A stretch of DNA of 64,000 bases, from assembly GCA_963745025.1 (NCBI GenBank), contig CAVUWD010000013.1, positions 420,557 through 484,556 of the forward strand, given 5' to 3'. The DNA is from an uncultured delta proteobacterium. Its GTDB lineage: Bacteria; Desulfobacterota; Binatia; JACPRU01. The notes under the pieces are model-generated. The model had not been told where the DNA came from. It searched no databases and saw nothing but the letters and a program-made list of their open reading frames with translations. Shown here piece after piece: positions 41,161 through 49,697 of this stretch; the first letter of the stretch is position 1; every line of letters starts with the position of its first letter. The translations under genes and the position numbers were made by a program.

Positions 41161-41874
41161 CCGGAGCCTGGGCGGCGGCCATGACGCGACGGCCGGAGAG
41201 GGTGACGCGCCAGCGTCGCGCGTGTGGAATCTTGGCGATCAAGCCGTAGGAGCCGCCGGCGCGGAGGCCGATCGGCGATCGGACGCCTCCTGCTGGACGA
41301 AATGGATCGCGCGCTCGCGAACACGTCGCCGCTCAAGCGGAGGTAACACTCTCCCGTGCGGCACAAGATTCACTGGCAACAACGCTGCTCGACCGCGTCA
41401 TCGTCTCCTTCGGAATCGAGACGATCCGATCCGGTGATCGGTAGCCGGGTCATGGGCATACAGGGAAAGCACGCGGAGTGCGCTTTTCGGCAAGAGTGTG
41501 CATCTCGGCGCTGGCCGACGTCTCGGCCGGTCTCGATGCGCTCGTCGCGCGCGTCGAGCGCATGCTCGGAACCGCCAAGCGGGTCGCCGTGCTTGCCGGG
41601 ATGCGCTCCGCGAAGGCCATCGCGAGGCGTTCGGCGACCAGAGTCTAATCGATTAGACTGCTGTCATGGGATGGGGCCGGGGAGGCCGACCGGAGCTTCG
41701 CCGCACGCTGGTCGTCTGCCTGTTGTGGATGCTCCCCAGGGTCGCGGGTGGCGAGAACGTGCCGGCTCCGCCGCCCGGACTGGACCGCTCCTATGCGTTC
41801 GCATATCGTCGATAAATTGCGGACCTGGGTCGCCTTGGACGCGGGTCTGTTCGAATCACGAGGAGGAGGTGTCC

Positions 41875-42651
41875 ATGATCCGTTTAGAGTTTGCGCTGCG
41901 GCGCAAGCCCGGCATGAGCCGGGCCGATTTTCAGCAGTACTGGCGTGACGTGCACGGGCCGCTGGTGGCCAAGCATTCGACCACGCTTAAGATCCATCGC
42001 TACATCCAGCTGCACACGCTCGACGATCCGATCAACGAGGCGCTGGCGGTGGCGCGTGGCGGCATGGAGCCGGAGTACGACGGCGTCGCCGAGCTGTGGT
42101 GGAAGTCGCCGGCCGATCTGACCACCTTCGGCAATGCCGCCGGCCAGGCCGCCGCGCTCGAGCTGCTCGAGGACGAGAAGAACTTCATCGACCTGCCGAA
42201 CTCGCCGCTGTGGTTTGCCTACGAGTATCCGCAGGTCAATCCGTCCGAGTACGTCATCGCGCACGAGCACGGCCCGCTGGTGAAACTGTTCTTCTGCCTG
42301 CGTCACCTGCCGCAGCAGTCGCTCGCCGAGGGCCAGCTGTACTGGCGCACCAACCACGGCCCGCTCATCCGCAGCGTTGCGCCCGGTTTCCGCATGCAGC
42401 GTTACCTGCAGGTACATTGCACTGACGACGTCAGCATCGAGCCGCTGCGCCAGCAGCGCGGGACGGTGACGCCGGCCTATTCAGGACATGCCGAAGCGTG
42501 GTTCAACCGCGCCGACATGATGACCATGGCCGACATCCCGGAGGCGAACGGCGCGATGGAGATCGCGATCGAGGACGAGCGCAAGTTCATCGACTTCAAG
42601 CGCTCGGCGATGTGGATCGCCAAGGAGCGGGTGTTCATCGATCGACGCTGA
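41875..42651 (+). CDS. Tandem EthD-domain protein
   Basis: Two repeats: RRKPGMSRADFQQYWRDVHGPL..YDGVAELW..DEKNFID and YWRTNHGPL..GHAEAW..DERKFID. Confidence 0.88.
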   Translation: MIRLEFALRRKPGMSRADFQQYWRDVHGPLVAKHSTTLKIHRYIQLHTLDDPINEALAVARGGMEPEYDGVAELWWKSPADLTTFGNAAGQAAALELLEDEKNFIDLPNSPLWFAYEYPQVNPSEYVIAHEHGPLVKLFFCLRHLPQQSLAEGQLYWRTNHGPLIRSVAPGFRMQRYLQVHCTDDVSIEPLRQQRGTVTPAYSGHAEAWFNRADMMTMADIPEANGAMEIAIEDERKFIDFKRSAMWIAKERVFIDRR

Positions 42652-42793
42652 AAGCGGTACGGGGCCGTTGCGCGGCCTTGCATCAGCGCAGCTGACCTCG
42701 TGGCACCTCGGCTCACTCGAGGCGCGCACCGCCTGAGCACGTAAATCCGGCGCCGCCAGCGCCCAGTAACAGAGACTATAGTAAGCAGAGCGC

Positions 42794-43555
42794 CTACTCG
42801 TCACCACGAGAAGGGGCTCGCGGACGTGCCCAAATCCATCCCTCTCTGCGGGTGACCTCGTCGATCGGCGGTAACAACACGTGCCCCGTCAAAAAATCGA
42901 CGGCAGCAAGAATGCAGACAATCGCGTCGAGGGTATCCGCCCTCTTCGCTGCCAGTTCGCTATGGCGAGGATCGGTGAAGGCGACCTCTCGTTTGAGACC
43001 CTCCAGAATCAAACCCCGCTCTCGCTCGTTTTCCCGCCTCTTGTAGCGGGCTGAGGGGAGGCCGTGACCGAGCAGCGTCGCGGCTGGATACACTTCGATC
43101 GCAACGGCATCGGATGGCGGTGCTGGTGTCCACGCGAGCGGAATCTCTCGCTTTGCGGTCACACGGATCTCGTCGAGGAGTCGTAGACTCGCGACGGCGG
43201 TACGCGCGATTCGGTCCGCGCCAACATCCAACGGCTGTTTGCCGAGCTTCTTCTTAATGAAGCGATCCGTTCGGCGCCGGAACAACTCGTCTGGCGGCGT
43301 ATCGATGAGCTCGCCCGCTCGGTGGCCGGACAGAACTCGGCCGAGAGCACCCGGCCACCCCAACGGCGAGTCCAGTGCCAGAACACAAGCGCCGCGAGCC
43401 GGTAGTCGGGCCTTCACCCAGTTAGCGGCCGACATGGTCGCAGAGCGCTCTCCGATGTCACGCAAAATGCAGCGCGAGCCATCGAAGTCGCCGGCCGCCA
43501 AGCCGAGGTTGGAGGAATCCACGGCGCAGTCGATCCCGATGATTCGAATCGTCAC
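42794..43555 (-). CDS. DUF429-family predicted RNase H-fold nuclease
   Basis: IIGIDCA, LDSPLGWP, RRTD, IEVYPAA, LDAIVC, REGWIW. Confidence 0.88.
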   Translation of the reverse strand: MTIRIIGIDCAVDSSNLGLAAGDFDGSRCILRDIGERSATMSAANWVKARLPARGACVLALDSPLGWPGALGRVLSGHRAGELIDTPPDELFRRRTDRFIKKKLGKQPLDVGADRIARTAVASLRLLDEIRVTAKREIPLAWTPAPPSDAVAIEVYPAATLLGHGLPSARYKRRENERERGLILEGLKREVAFTDPRHSELAAKRADTLDAIVCILAAVDFLTGHVLLPPIDEVTRREGWIWARPRAPSRGDE

Positions 43556-43563
43556 AGCGGCAA

Positions 43564-44025
43564 CTACCCCGTCTCGCCAGGGGCACCGAGCGCGGCGATC
43601 ACGCCCTCGTAGTCGGCGGTGTTACCAGGGTTGTAGTCGGGGTTGGCGTGGAGCAGCCGGCCATCGCGGCCGACGACGAAGACCGCTCGCTTGGCACGCC
43701 GAGAATCTTCGTCAGCGACACCGAACGCGCGAGCGACGGCGAGGTCGGGGTCGCTCGCAAGGGGGAACGCAATGCCGAGCCCGCGTGCAAACTCAGCGTG
43801 GCTCTCGAGGCCATCGCTGCTAATTGCTACCACCTCGGCGCCCAGAGCTGCGAGGGCGGTGTGGTCGTTGGCGAAGGGCGTGAGCTCTCGCGTGCAAAGC
43901 GGTGTCGAGTCTTCCGTGTAGAAAACGACGATGACCGCGCCGCGGCTGCGCAGGTCGGTGAGCGAGACAGGAGCGGGCACGGCAGGGAGCGCGAAGTCTG
44001 GGGCAATCTTCCCTGCGGCAATCAT
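43564..44025 (-). CDS. Peroxiredoxin (BCP/PrxQ-like)
   Basis: APDFAL, FYTEDSTPLCTRE (TxxC), FPLASD, RAVFVV. Confidence 0.88.
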   Translation of the reverse strand: MIAAGKIAPDFALPAVPAPVSLTDLRSRGAVIVVFYTEDSTPLCTRELTPFANDHTALAALGAEVVAISSDGLESHAEFARGLGIAFPLASDPDLAVARAFGVADEDSRRAKRAVFVVGRDGRLLHANPDYNPGNTADYEGVIAALGAPGETG

Positions 44026-44618
44026 AGCGGTTCCTGTAGAAGGGTGACGATCCAAGGCCAAGATCGGGACTCGTTCTCGTTTCGCAAATCACAGTCGAGC
44101 GAGCTCGACGAAGGGGGCGACGGTGATTTCACCATCTTCGATCCGAATAGACTCGGTACGTCTTCTCCCCGTCTGAGTGAACCCAGTTGCAGGCGAGCCC
44201 CCAAGACTAGTTGCCGATAGTCCCTTCGGGCCTCTTCTCGCAAGGGAAACCCGGGGAGACCAGAAGACGACCAAGGTCTCGGCGACGATCGGGCTCGGAG
44301 TGCACGGGTAAGAGGTTTTCTGCAGCTCGCCGTTCGCGGGCGGCAGCATCTGGGCAAAAAAAAGAGGGGTGGGCGACCGAGAGGACGGGGAGGTCCTCTC
44401 GGTCGTGTTCTGGGTGGGTAGCAGCGTACGGTCAAGTCTCGAGCGAGCGCTCGAGTCGGCGGATCGTTCGTGAGCGGCGCCGATCGGAGATTCGTGCGTA
44501 GACGAGCGTTGACTCGATCGTCCGGTGCCCGAGGTGATCCTGAACAAACTCGGCCGACTCCCCCGTCGGAACCGGCTCTTTGAAACGGCCGCTCAGTTGA
44601 CCAGTAGTTCCCGCGCGA

Positions 44619-44912
44619 GTGCTTCACGTGCTGGAAGGCGCCGGCGCCAGGGTCCGCCGCACTCACCTCATGCACCTGAACCGAGGCTACGTGCATGACG
44701 GCGGAGCATACCGGCTGAAACGGCTCTTCACTTCCGAAGATCTGACGAGAGGCGCGAGGGCGCTACAGAAGGATGTCCGAAAGACGCTGGCCCGGATGCG
44801 GTCGACGCTGGGTGCAGAAGAGCCGCCACCGCTAACGGTAGGCCCCCATTGCGAGACACCTTATACGTGCCCCTTCTACGATCACTGCCACGATGGCCTC
44901 CCGCCCGTGTGA
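44619..44912 (+). pseudogene. DUF2779-type (Cas4-like nuclease) protein fragment
   Basis: LMHLNRGYV...GPHCETPYTCPFYDHC. Confidence 0.6.
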
Positions 44913-44948
44913 TAAACGAAATGCGGAGCCGCGGCGTCGGAAACCTCG

Positions 44949-45821
44949 ATGCACCTGATGTCAGGCTCGCGCCTGCCGGAGCGAGTCGCCGCTCGGTGGC
45001 GAGCGGAACCCGATAGCCCTGCGCCGCTGCCGTGGAGCGCAACCGAGTACTCCCGGTTTCCCGGCGGCCGGAAGAAGCTCGGCGTCCTCGCCCGGCTCGT
45101 GCGCGACGGGTTTCGCCATCCGCCACGTGTGCTCGACGTCGGTTGCGGAAACGGGGCAATCAGCTTTCCGTTGGCGGCACTCGGGTGTGAGGTCGTCGGC
45201 GCGGACGTCGATCCGGCATCGATCGACTGGTGCGTCCGGCACAACACGTACGAGCGCGCGACGTTCGTGTTGGTCACGGAGGAGCTTCGCGGAGTGAAAG
45301 GCTCCTTCGATCTGATCGTCTGCTCCGAGGTGCTCGAGCACCTTCACGAGCCGCGCCCGCTCGTCGCCATGAGCGACAAGCTCGCGCCTTCGGGCTGGTT
45401 GTTCGTGACGGTTCCGAACGGCTACGGCTTGCGAGAGATCGGCGGCCGTTGCGAGCGCTTCCTTCGCGAGCGATGCGGCCTCGACAGCGGCTTGGGGGCG
45501 CTGCGCGAACGGCTCGAGCGGTTGGGCATGCCTTCGGCGCGCGCGAAGTACGAGATGCACACCTCCAATCCCGAGCAGGACCACGTACAGAAGTTCACGC
45601 GGAGCCAGATGACGCGACTCCTCGAGAGCGAGCACCTTCGCATCGTCGACTGGCGGAACAGCTTCGTGATCTTGAACGTGTTCTACTGCCGATCGGGGCT
45701 CAGCACGGTCGAGCGCTTCGACAACTGGCTCGCGGACCGCTTGCCGGCCTCCTGCGCGAGCGGCTGGTACATCTGCTGTCGCCACTCCACCGCGACGGAC
45801 CCGCCCGACCTCGCGGCCTGA
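44949..45821 (+). CDS. Class I SAM-dependent methyltransferase
   Basis: VLDVGCGNG, FDLIVCSEVLEH, FVTVPN. Confidence 0.9.
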   Translation: MHLMSGSRLPERVAARWRAEPDSPAPLPWSATEYSRFPGGRKKLGVLARLVRDGFRHPPRVLDVGCGNGAISFPLAALGCEVVGADVDPASIDWCVRHNTYERATFVLVTEELRGVKGSFDLIVCSEVLEHLHEPRPLVAMSDKLAPSGWLFVTVPNGYGLREIGGRCERFLRERCGLDSGLGALRERLERLGMPSARAKYEMHTSNPEQDHVQKFTRSQMTRLLESEHLRIVDWRNSFVILNVFYCRSGLSTVERFDNWLADRLPASCASGWYICCRHSTATDPPDLAA

Positions 45822-45827
45822 GCCGCG

Positions 45828-46457
45828 TCAGTAGCCGAAGAACACGCGTCGCTCGCCGACCACCTCGGTAGCGGCGAGCGCCTCGTCGAGCGGCACGCCG
45901 TGCACCTCGTGCAGATGGTGCACGAAGCGTCCCTCGTCGGTGAAGCCGATTCCGTCTACCCAGCAATAGTACGGGGCGGTGTTCGTCGACGGCGCAGCCA
46001 CGGAGGCCGGCGGCGTGCCGAACGAGTAGAGCCAAGAGTAGGGGTAGGAGGGGGAGTACGGATACAGCGACGAGTAGGGATAGAGCCCCGAAGCCGAGTA
46101 TGGGTAGTACGGAAAATACGGGCTGAACGAATAGCCGAAAGGCTGCGTCCCGAAGAACGGGGGCTGGACGAAGACTACGACCGACCCGTGGTGATGACCG
46201 TGACCGCGCATGCCGGGGGCTCGCTGGAAGGGAGGCATCGGGCGGATAACGATGCCGGGGGCTCGCTGCAAGGGAGGCATGGGGCGGGTGACGATGTTCG
46301 GGCGAGCGATGGGAGCGGGGCTCGCTCGCGCCCCCGAGGCCACCGCGGCGCCCGAGCGCACCAGCGCCCCTTGGTAGCTGCCGCCGAGGGCCGGAGCCGC
46401 CGTTGCGAAGACCGTAACGGCAATCGTGAGCGCCCAGGCTGAAAGCGACCGACTCAT
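45828..46457 (-). CDS. Secreted Pro/Tyr-rich hypothetical protein
   Basis: Signal peptide, repeated RPMPPxQRAPG, YP-rich tract, C-terminal YCW..HLHEVH. Confidence 0.65.
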   Translation of the reverse strand: MSRSLSAWALTIAVTVFATAAPALGGSYQGALVRSGAAVASGARASPAPIARPNIVTRPMPPLQRAPGIVIRPMPPFQRAPGMRGHGHHHGSVVVFVQPPFFGTQPFGYSFSPYFPYYPYSASGLYPYSSLYPYSPSYPYSWLYSFGTPPASVAAPSTNTAPYYCWVDGIGFTDEGRFVHHLHEVHGVPLDEALAATEVVGERRVFFGY

Positions 46458-46595
46458 GAAGCGGGCCCGTCCGGACGGTGTCCATGCTAGGCCCGTTGCC
46501 TTCTGCGGACAAGTGAGCGCGAGCAACCTTCGCTGACTGCCGAGATCGGCACACCCCCGTCGGAATCGGCACGGTCGGCGGCGATCGAGAGGCAG

Positions 46596-46682
46596 GAGTG
46601 TCAGGAATTTCGTGTATGAGCCAGTGGTTTCACAGTCAGTCGGTCAGAAGGAATGTGTGCTCGAATTGGATGGCCATCAGGC
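46596..46682 (-). mobile_element. IS256-family right-end remnant
   Basis: Minus strand ..LMAIQFEHTFLLTD* followed by TACACGAAATTCCTGACACT, typical of IS256 ends. Confidence 0.55.
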
Positions 46683-46823
46683 CGGCAGCGAGCTCCGCGA
46701 GCTGTTTTCGCAGAGGGTATTCGACAGCAGTAGCGAGGCGCTCGCCGTCAAAGCGGGCGTAGAGCGGTAAAGCGGCAGTGCCGGTGTCCGAGATCCAATC
46801 TTACGTCACCCATGAAGACGGGC

Positions 46824-47075
46824 GTGTCAAAGGTGTTCGTGAAGTTTGGTCTGTGGTCTGTCCTCTCCTCCTCTGGAATCGGCTTCGTCTCGCCTCGTTC
46901 ATCTCGGCACCGTCGCTCACCATTCACCCATCCGGGGTCGATACGCCCCATGTTTCAGTGCTGCGAGCAGGGCCCCATACAACTTCATGGGCTCGAGGCC
47001 CACTGACGTAACCGGGGTCTCCTGTTCGATCTTGAGCACGGTTCACCTTGGTTTTGGCGATATCCACTCCGGTGC
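46824..47075 (-). ncRNA. Candidate bridge/seek RNA region
   Basis: Non-coding region downstream of the transposase, with short matches to target and donor ends. Confidence 0.55.
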
Positions 47076-47770
47076 CTACTGGCTGCTCGCCTTGAGGCGG
47101 TAGGCGCGAACGACCTTGCGCTCGAAGGGTCCGCGTTCAACGCCGAGCTTACCAACGTCGAAATCGCTCTGATCCCGCAGCATCGCGAAGATGATCCGAC
47201 ACAGACGGTGGGCCACGGCGACGATGGCCATCTTGTAGCCTCGTTTCGTGCACTGCCTTGCGAAGTAGGGGTTGAGCGGATGGTAGGGCCGATTGGCGTG
47301 ATGGGCCGCTTCACATAACATCGCCCGCCTTGACGGCACCCACCTGCGCCGCCTGCAGACGCACGAAGTGACGGCGCCGCGACAGCGTGTCACGCAGACG
47401 CGAGATCTCCTGACCTGGAACGTGCACGATCGAGCGGTAGATTCCTCGTCGCAATCCCTCGCACAGCTCCAAAGCATCACGTGCGTCGCTTTTCTGGTTC
47501 GGCCGGTGCGCCTTGATTCGTACCTCGTGCGCGTCGACCACGATCGGATCGAGCCCTAGTCGACCGAGCTGGCGGGCGACGAAGAAGGCAACGGTCCCCG
47601 TCTCGAGGCCACCTGGGTTCCCCGCCCAAAGTGATACGTCGTCTGCAGCTGCGAGAAGCCTTCCCGTGTCGTAGGTATCTCGCCTGCGCGATCACCTTTC
47701 CCCTCTTGTCCTCGATCACGAACGAGGTCTGCTTGCTGTGAACGTCCAGTCCAACGTAGTAGGTTGTCAT
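47076..47770 (-). pseudogene. IS110-family recombinase with frameshifts and a central deletion
   Basis: YVGLDVHS, KSDARDA, LCEAA, AIVAVAHRL..IIFAMLRD. Confidence 0.9.
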
Positions 47771-47819
47771 CGGGCTGCTCCTCCCTTGTTTTGGGCTCCT
47801 TATCGGATGACCCCGTGGT

Positions 47820-47850
47820 CCTCCGCGAACCATATCGCGGTTCGCGGAGG
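47820..47850. other. Perfect 12-bp hairpin in the IS 5' non-coding end
   Basis: CCTCCGCGAACC-ATATCGC-GGTTCGCGGAGG. Confidence 0.8.
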
Positions 47851-47904
47851 GGCAGCCCGTCTTCATTGATACAACTTCGAGCGCTCATACCGGCTATCCC
47901 CACC

Positions 47905-49122
47905 TCAAATCTTAACCACGTACAGGTTCAAAATGTCCGTATTGCCGCGTTCGATGGTGCGAAGCAGCTCTGCCGGCGGTTTTCCGTCGAGATTAATGCG
48001 CGCGATCGCGGCTTCGACGCCTTCGAAGATGATGTTCTCCGTTTCCTGTACGTTGAGGTTGCCGGCGCGCAGATGATCGAAGATGTGCGCAAGCACGCCT
48101 GGACGATCGCGATGCCGCACGACGAGCATGTGCGTCGCTGGTGTCTTGGTCGCAAGGTTGACGACATTCGGCACTTTGCCGGTGTCTTTGTAAGTCCGAA
48201 CAATCCGGGCGGCTTCCGCGGCAATCGCTTCCTGCGCCTGCTCGGTTGATGCGCCGATGTGATGCGTACCGATGACGCCGGGGAGCGCGAGCAACGGGTT
48301 GCTGAATTCACCGGTTGCGGATGCGGGCTCCCGCGCAAAGACGTCGAGCGCTGCCCGGATACCACGGGTCTTTACGGCGTCGGCGAGCGCTGAGTGATCG
48401 ACGACCTCCGCCCGTGACGTGTTGACGAAGTAGGAACCCGGCTTCAGCCGATTGAGGATTCCTGCGCCGACAAGGTCGCGCGTCTCGTTCGCCAATGCGA
48501 GGTGGACCGAAAGAATGTCTGCCTGCTCCGCGACTGCTTCGGGTGAGTGGAGGATTGTGACGCCGGGATCCGGGATCCGGGATCCCGGATCCGACAGTTC
48601 TTGAAACCGTCGACTCCAGACGACCACCCGCATGCCGAAGGCGAGGCCCCGCTGCGCCACCTCCCGGCCGATATTGCCGTAGCCGAGAATGCCGAGTGTC
48701 CGCCCGAACAGTCCTCTCGCCTTCGAGTACTCCTTCTTGTTCCATTTGCCTGCGCGGAGATCGAAGACGTTGTCCGCGACTCGCCGATCCAGCGCGAGAA
48801 TCAACGCAAAGGTCAGTTCCGCAACCGCGATCGCATTCTTGCCAGGGCAATTCGACACGTAGATGCCGCGGCGCGACGCGGCGCTGACGTCGATGGTATT
48901 GACCCCCGCACCGGCGCGAACAATCAGCGACAGAGAGGCGTTCGCGAGCATCGCTTCGGTTACCTTCGTGCTGCGCACAACGAGAACGTCGGCCTGCGTG
49001 GCGATGAGCGCGTCGGCGAGCTGCTGGTCGGCCAGCGAAGGCTGGTAGAGCACCTCGCACCCTCCGGCCGCAATGGCGTCGATGCCGTTCTGCTCGAACT
49101 GGTCAGCGATGAGGACTTTCAT
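47905..49122 (-). CDS. serA: D-3-phosphoglycerate dehydrogenase-like with ACT domain
   Basis: VRAGAGVNTID, GKNAIAVAEL, GYGNIG, NTSRAE, HHIGAST, HRDRPGVL. Confidence 0.85.
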   Translation of the reverse strand: MKVLIADQFEQNGIDAIAAGGCEVLYQPSLADQQLADALIATQADVLVVRSTKVTEAMLANASLSLIVRAGAGVNTIDVSAASRRGIYVSNCPGKNAIAVAELTFALILALDRRVADNVFDLRAGKWNKKEYSKARGLFGRTLGILGYGNIGREVAQRGLAFGMRVVVWSRRFQELSDPGSRIPDPGVTILHSPEAVAEQADILSVHLALANETRDLVGAGILNRLKPGSYFVNTSRAEVVDHSALADAVKTRGIRAALDVFAREPASATGEFSNPLLALPGVIGTHHIGASTEQAQEAIAAEAARIVRTYKDTGKVPNVVNLATKTPATHMLVVRHRDRPGVLAHIFDHLRAGNLNVQETENIIFEGVEAAIARINLDGKPPAELLRTIERGNTDILNLYVVKI

Positions 49123-49167
49123 CGGTGAGGTCCGCCTTTCGGCGGACTAAATCACGTGCGACAACAA

Positions 49168-49260
49168 GCCGTCAAAGCGGGCGTAGAGCGGGCGTAGAGC
49201 GGTAGGACGGCAGTGCCGGTGTCCGAGATCCAACTTCGGGCGCTAGTACCGGCTATCCTC
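49168..49260 (+). repeat. Intact ~90-bp repeat, empty paralog of the IS110-interrupted copy (46744-46798 + 47875-47900)
   Basis: GCCGTCAAAGCGGGCGTAGAGC..GTGTCCGAGATC-CAA-CTTCGGGCGCTAGTACCGGCTATCC. Confidence 0.85.
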
Positions 49261-49429
49261 AGCGATACGGCTCCGCAAGCGAGAAAATCGCGGCGAGTGA
49301 GGCTCGGCATCGGCATCGGCGTCAGCCTAACACCGCTCACCGCCCCGGACGAGACGCGATCAAGGCATGGAGCCTCCTGGACGCGTTCGGGGCGGTCGGG
49401 CGACCGAGCTCAGCTCGAAGCACGCTCTG

Positions 49430-49697
49430 CCCTCCGCGCCGACATCCAAGGGGTGTTTGCCGAGCTTCTCCTTGATGAAGCGATCCATTCGGCGCCGAAA
49501 CAACTCGTCTGGCGGCGTGTCGATGAATTCGCCCGCTCGGTGAGCAGACAGACCTCGGCCAAGAGCGTCCGGCCAGCCCAACGGCGAGTCGAACGCCAAG
49601 ACGCACGGGCCGCGAGCAGGTACTGGCTCGCTCACCCGCACTCACCGCAGAACTTCATCCCCGCGGCGTTCTCGAAGCTGCACGCGGGGCACTTCAT
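49430..49697 (-). pseudogene. Chimeric remnant: zinc-ribbon start of a second cyclase joined to a DUF429 fragment
   Basis: MKCPACSFENAAGMKFCGECG, then DSPLGWP..DTPPDELFRRRMDRFIKEKLGKHPLDVGA, paralogous to 43220-43400. Confidence 0.8.

Larger units (their letters stand above)
46799..47874 (-). mobile_element. IS110-family (IS1111-like) element, internally deleted
   Basis: CAA core at both junctions (46796-46798, 47872-47874); subterminal IR ATGAAGACGGGC (46812-46823, 47855-47866); long 3' non-coding end; no TSD. Confidence 0.88.

Noticed and set aside
43564-44025. Selenocysteine in the peroxiredoxin, GST-kappa or Mo enzymes
   Set aside because: The peroxidatic residue is an ordinary Cys; no in-frame TGA was noticed within these reading frames
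44040-44200. Serine recombinase C-terminal remnant marking the island end
   Set aside because: Only a short IRIEDGEITV resemblance; no catalytic motif or att repeat
44619-44912. Cas4 of a CRISPR system
   Set aside because: Isolated fragment resembling DUF2779 proteins; no cas1/cas2 or array
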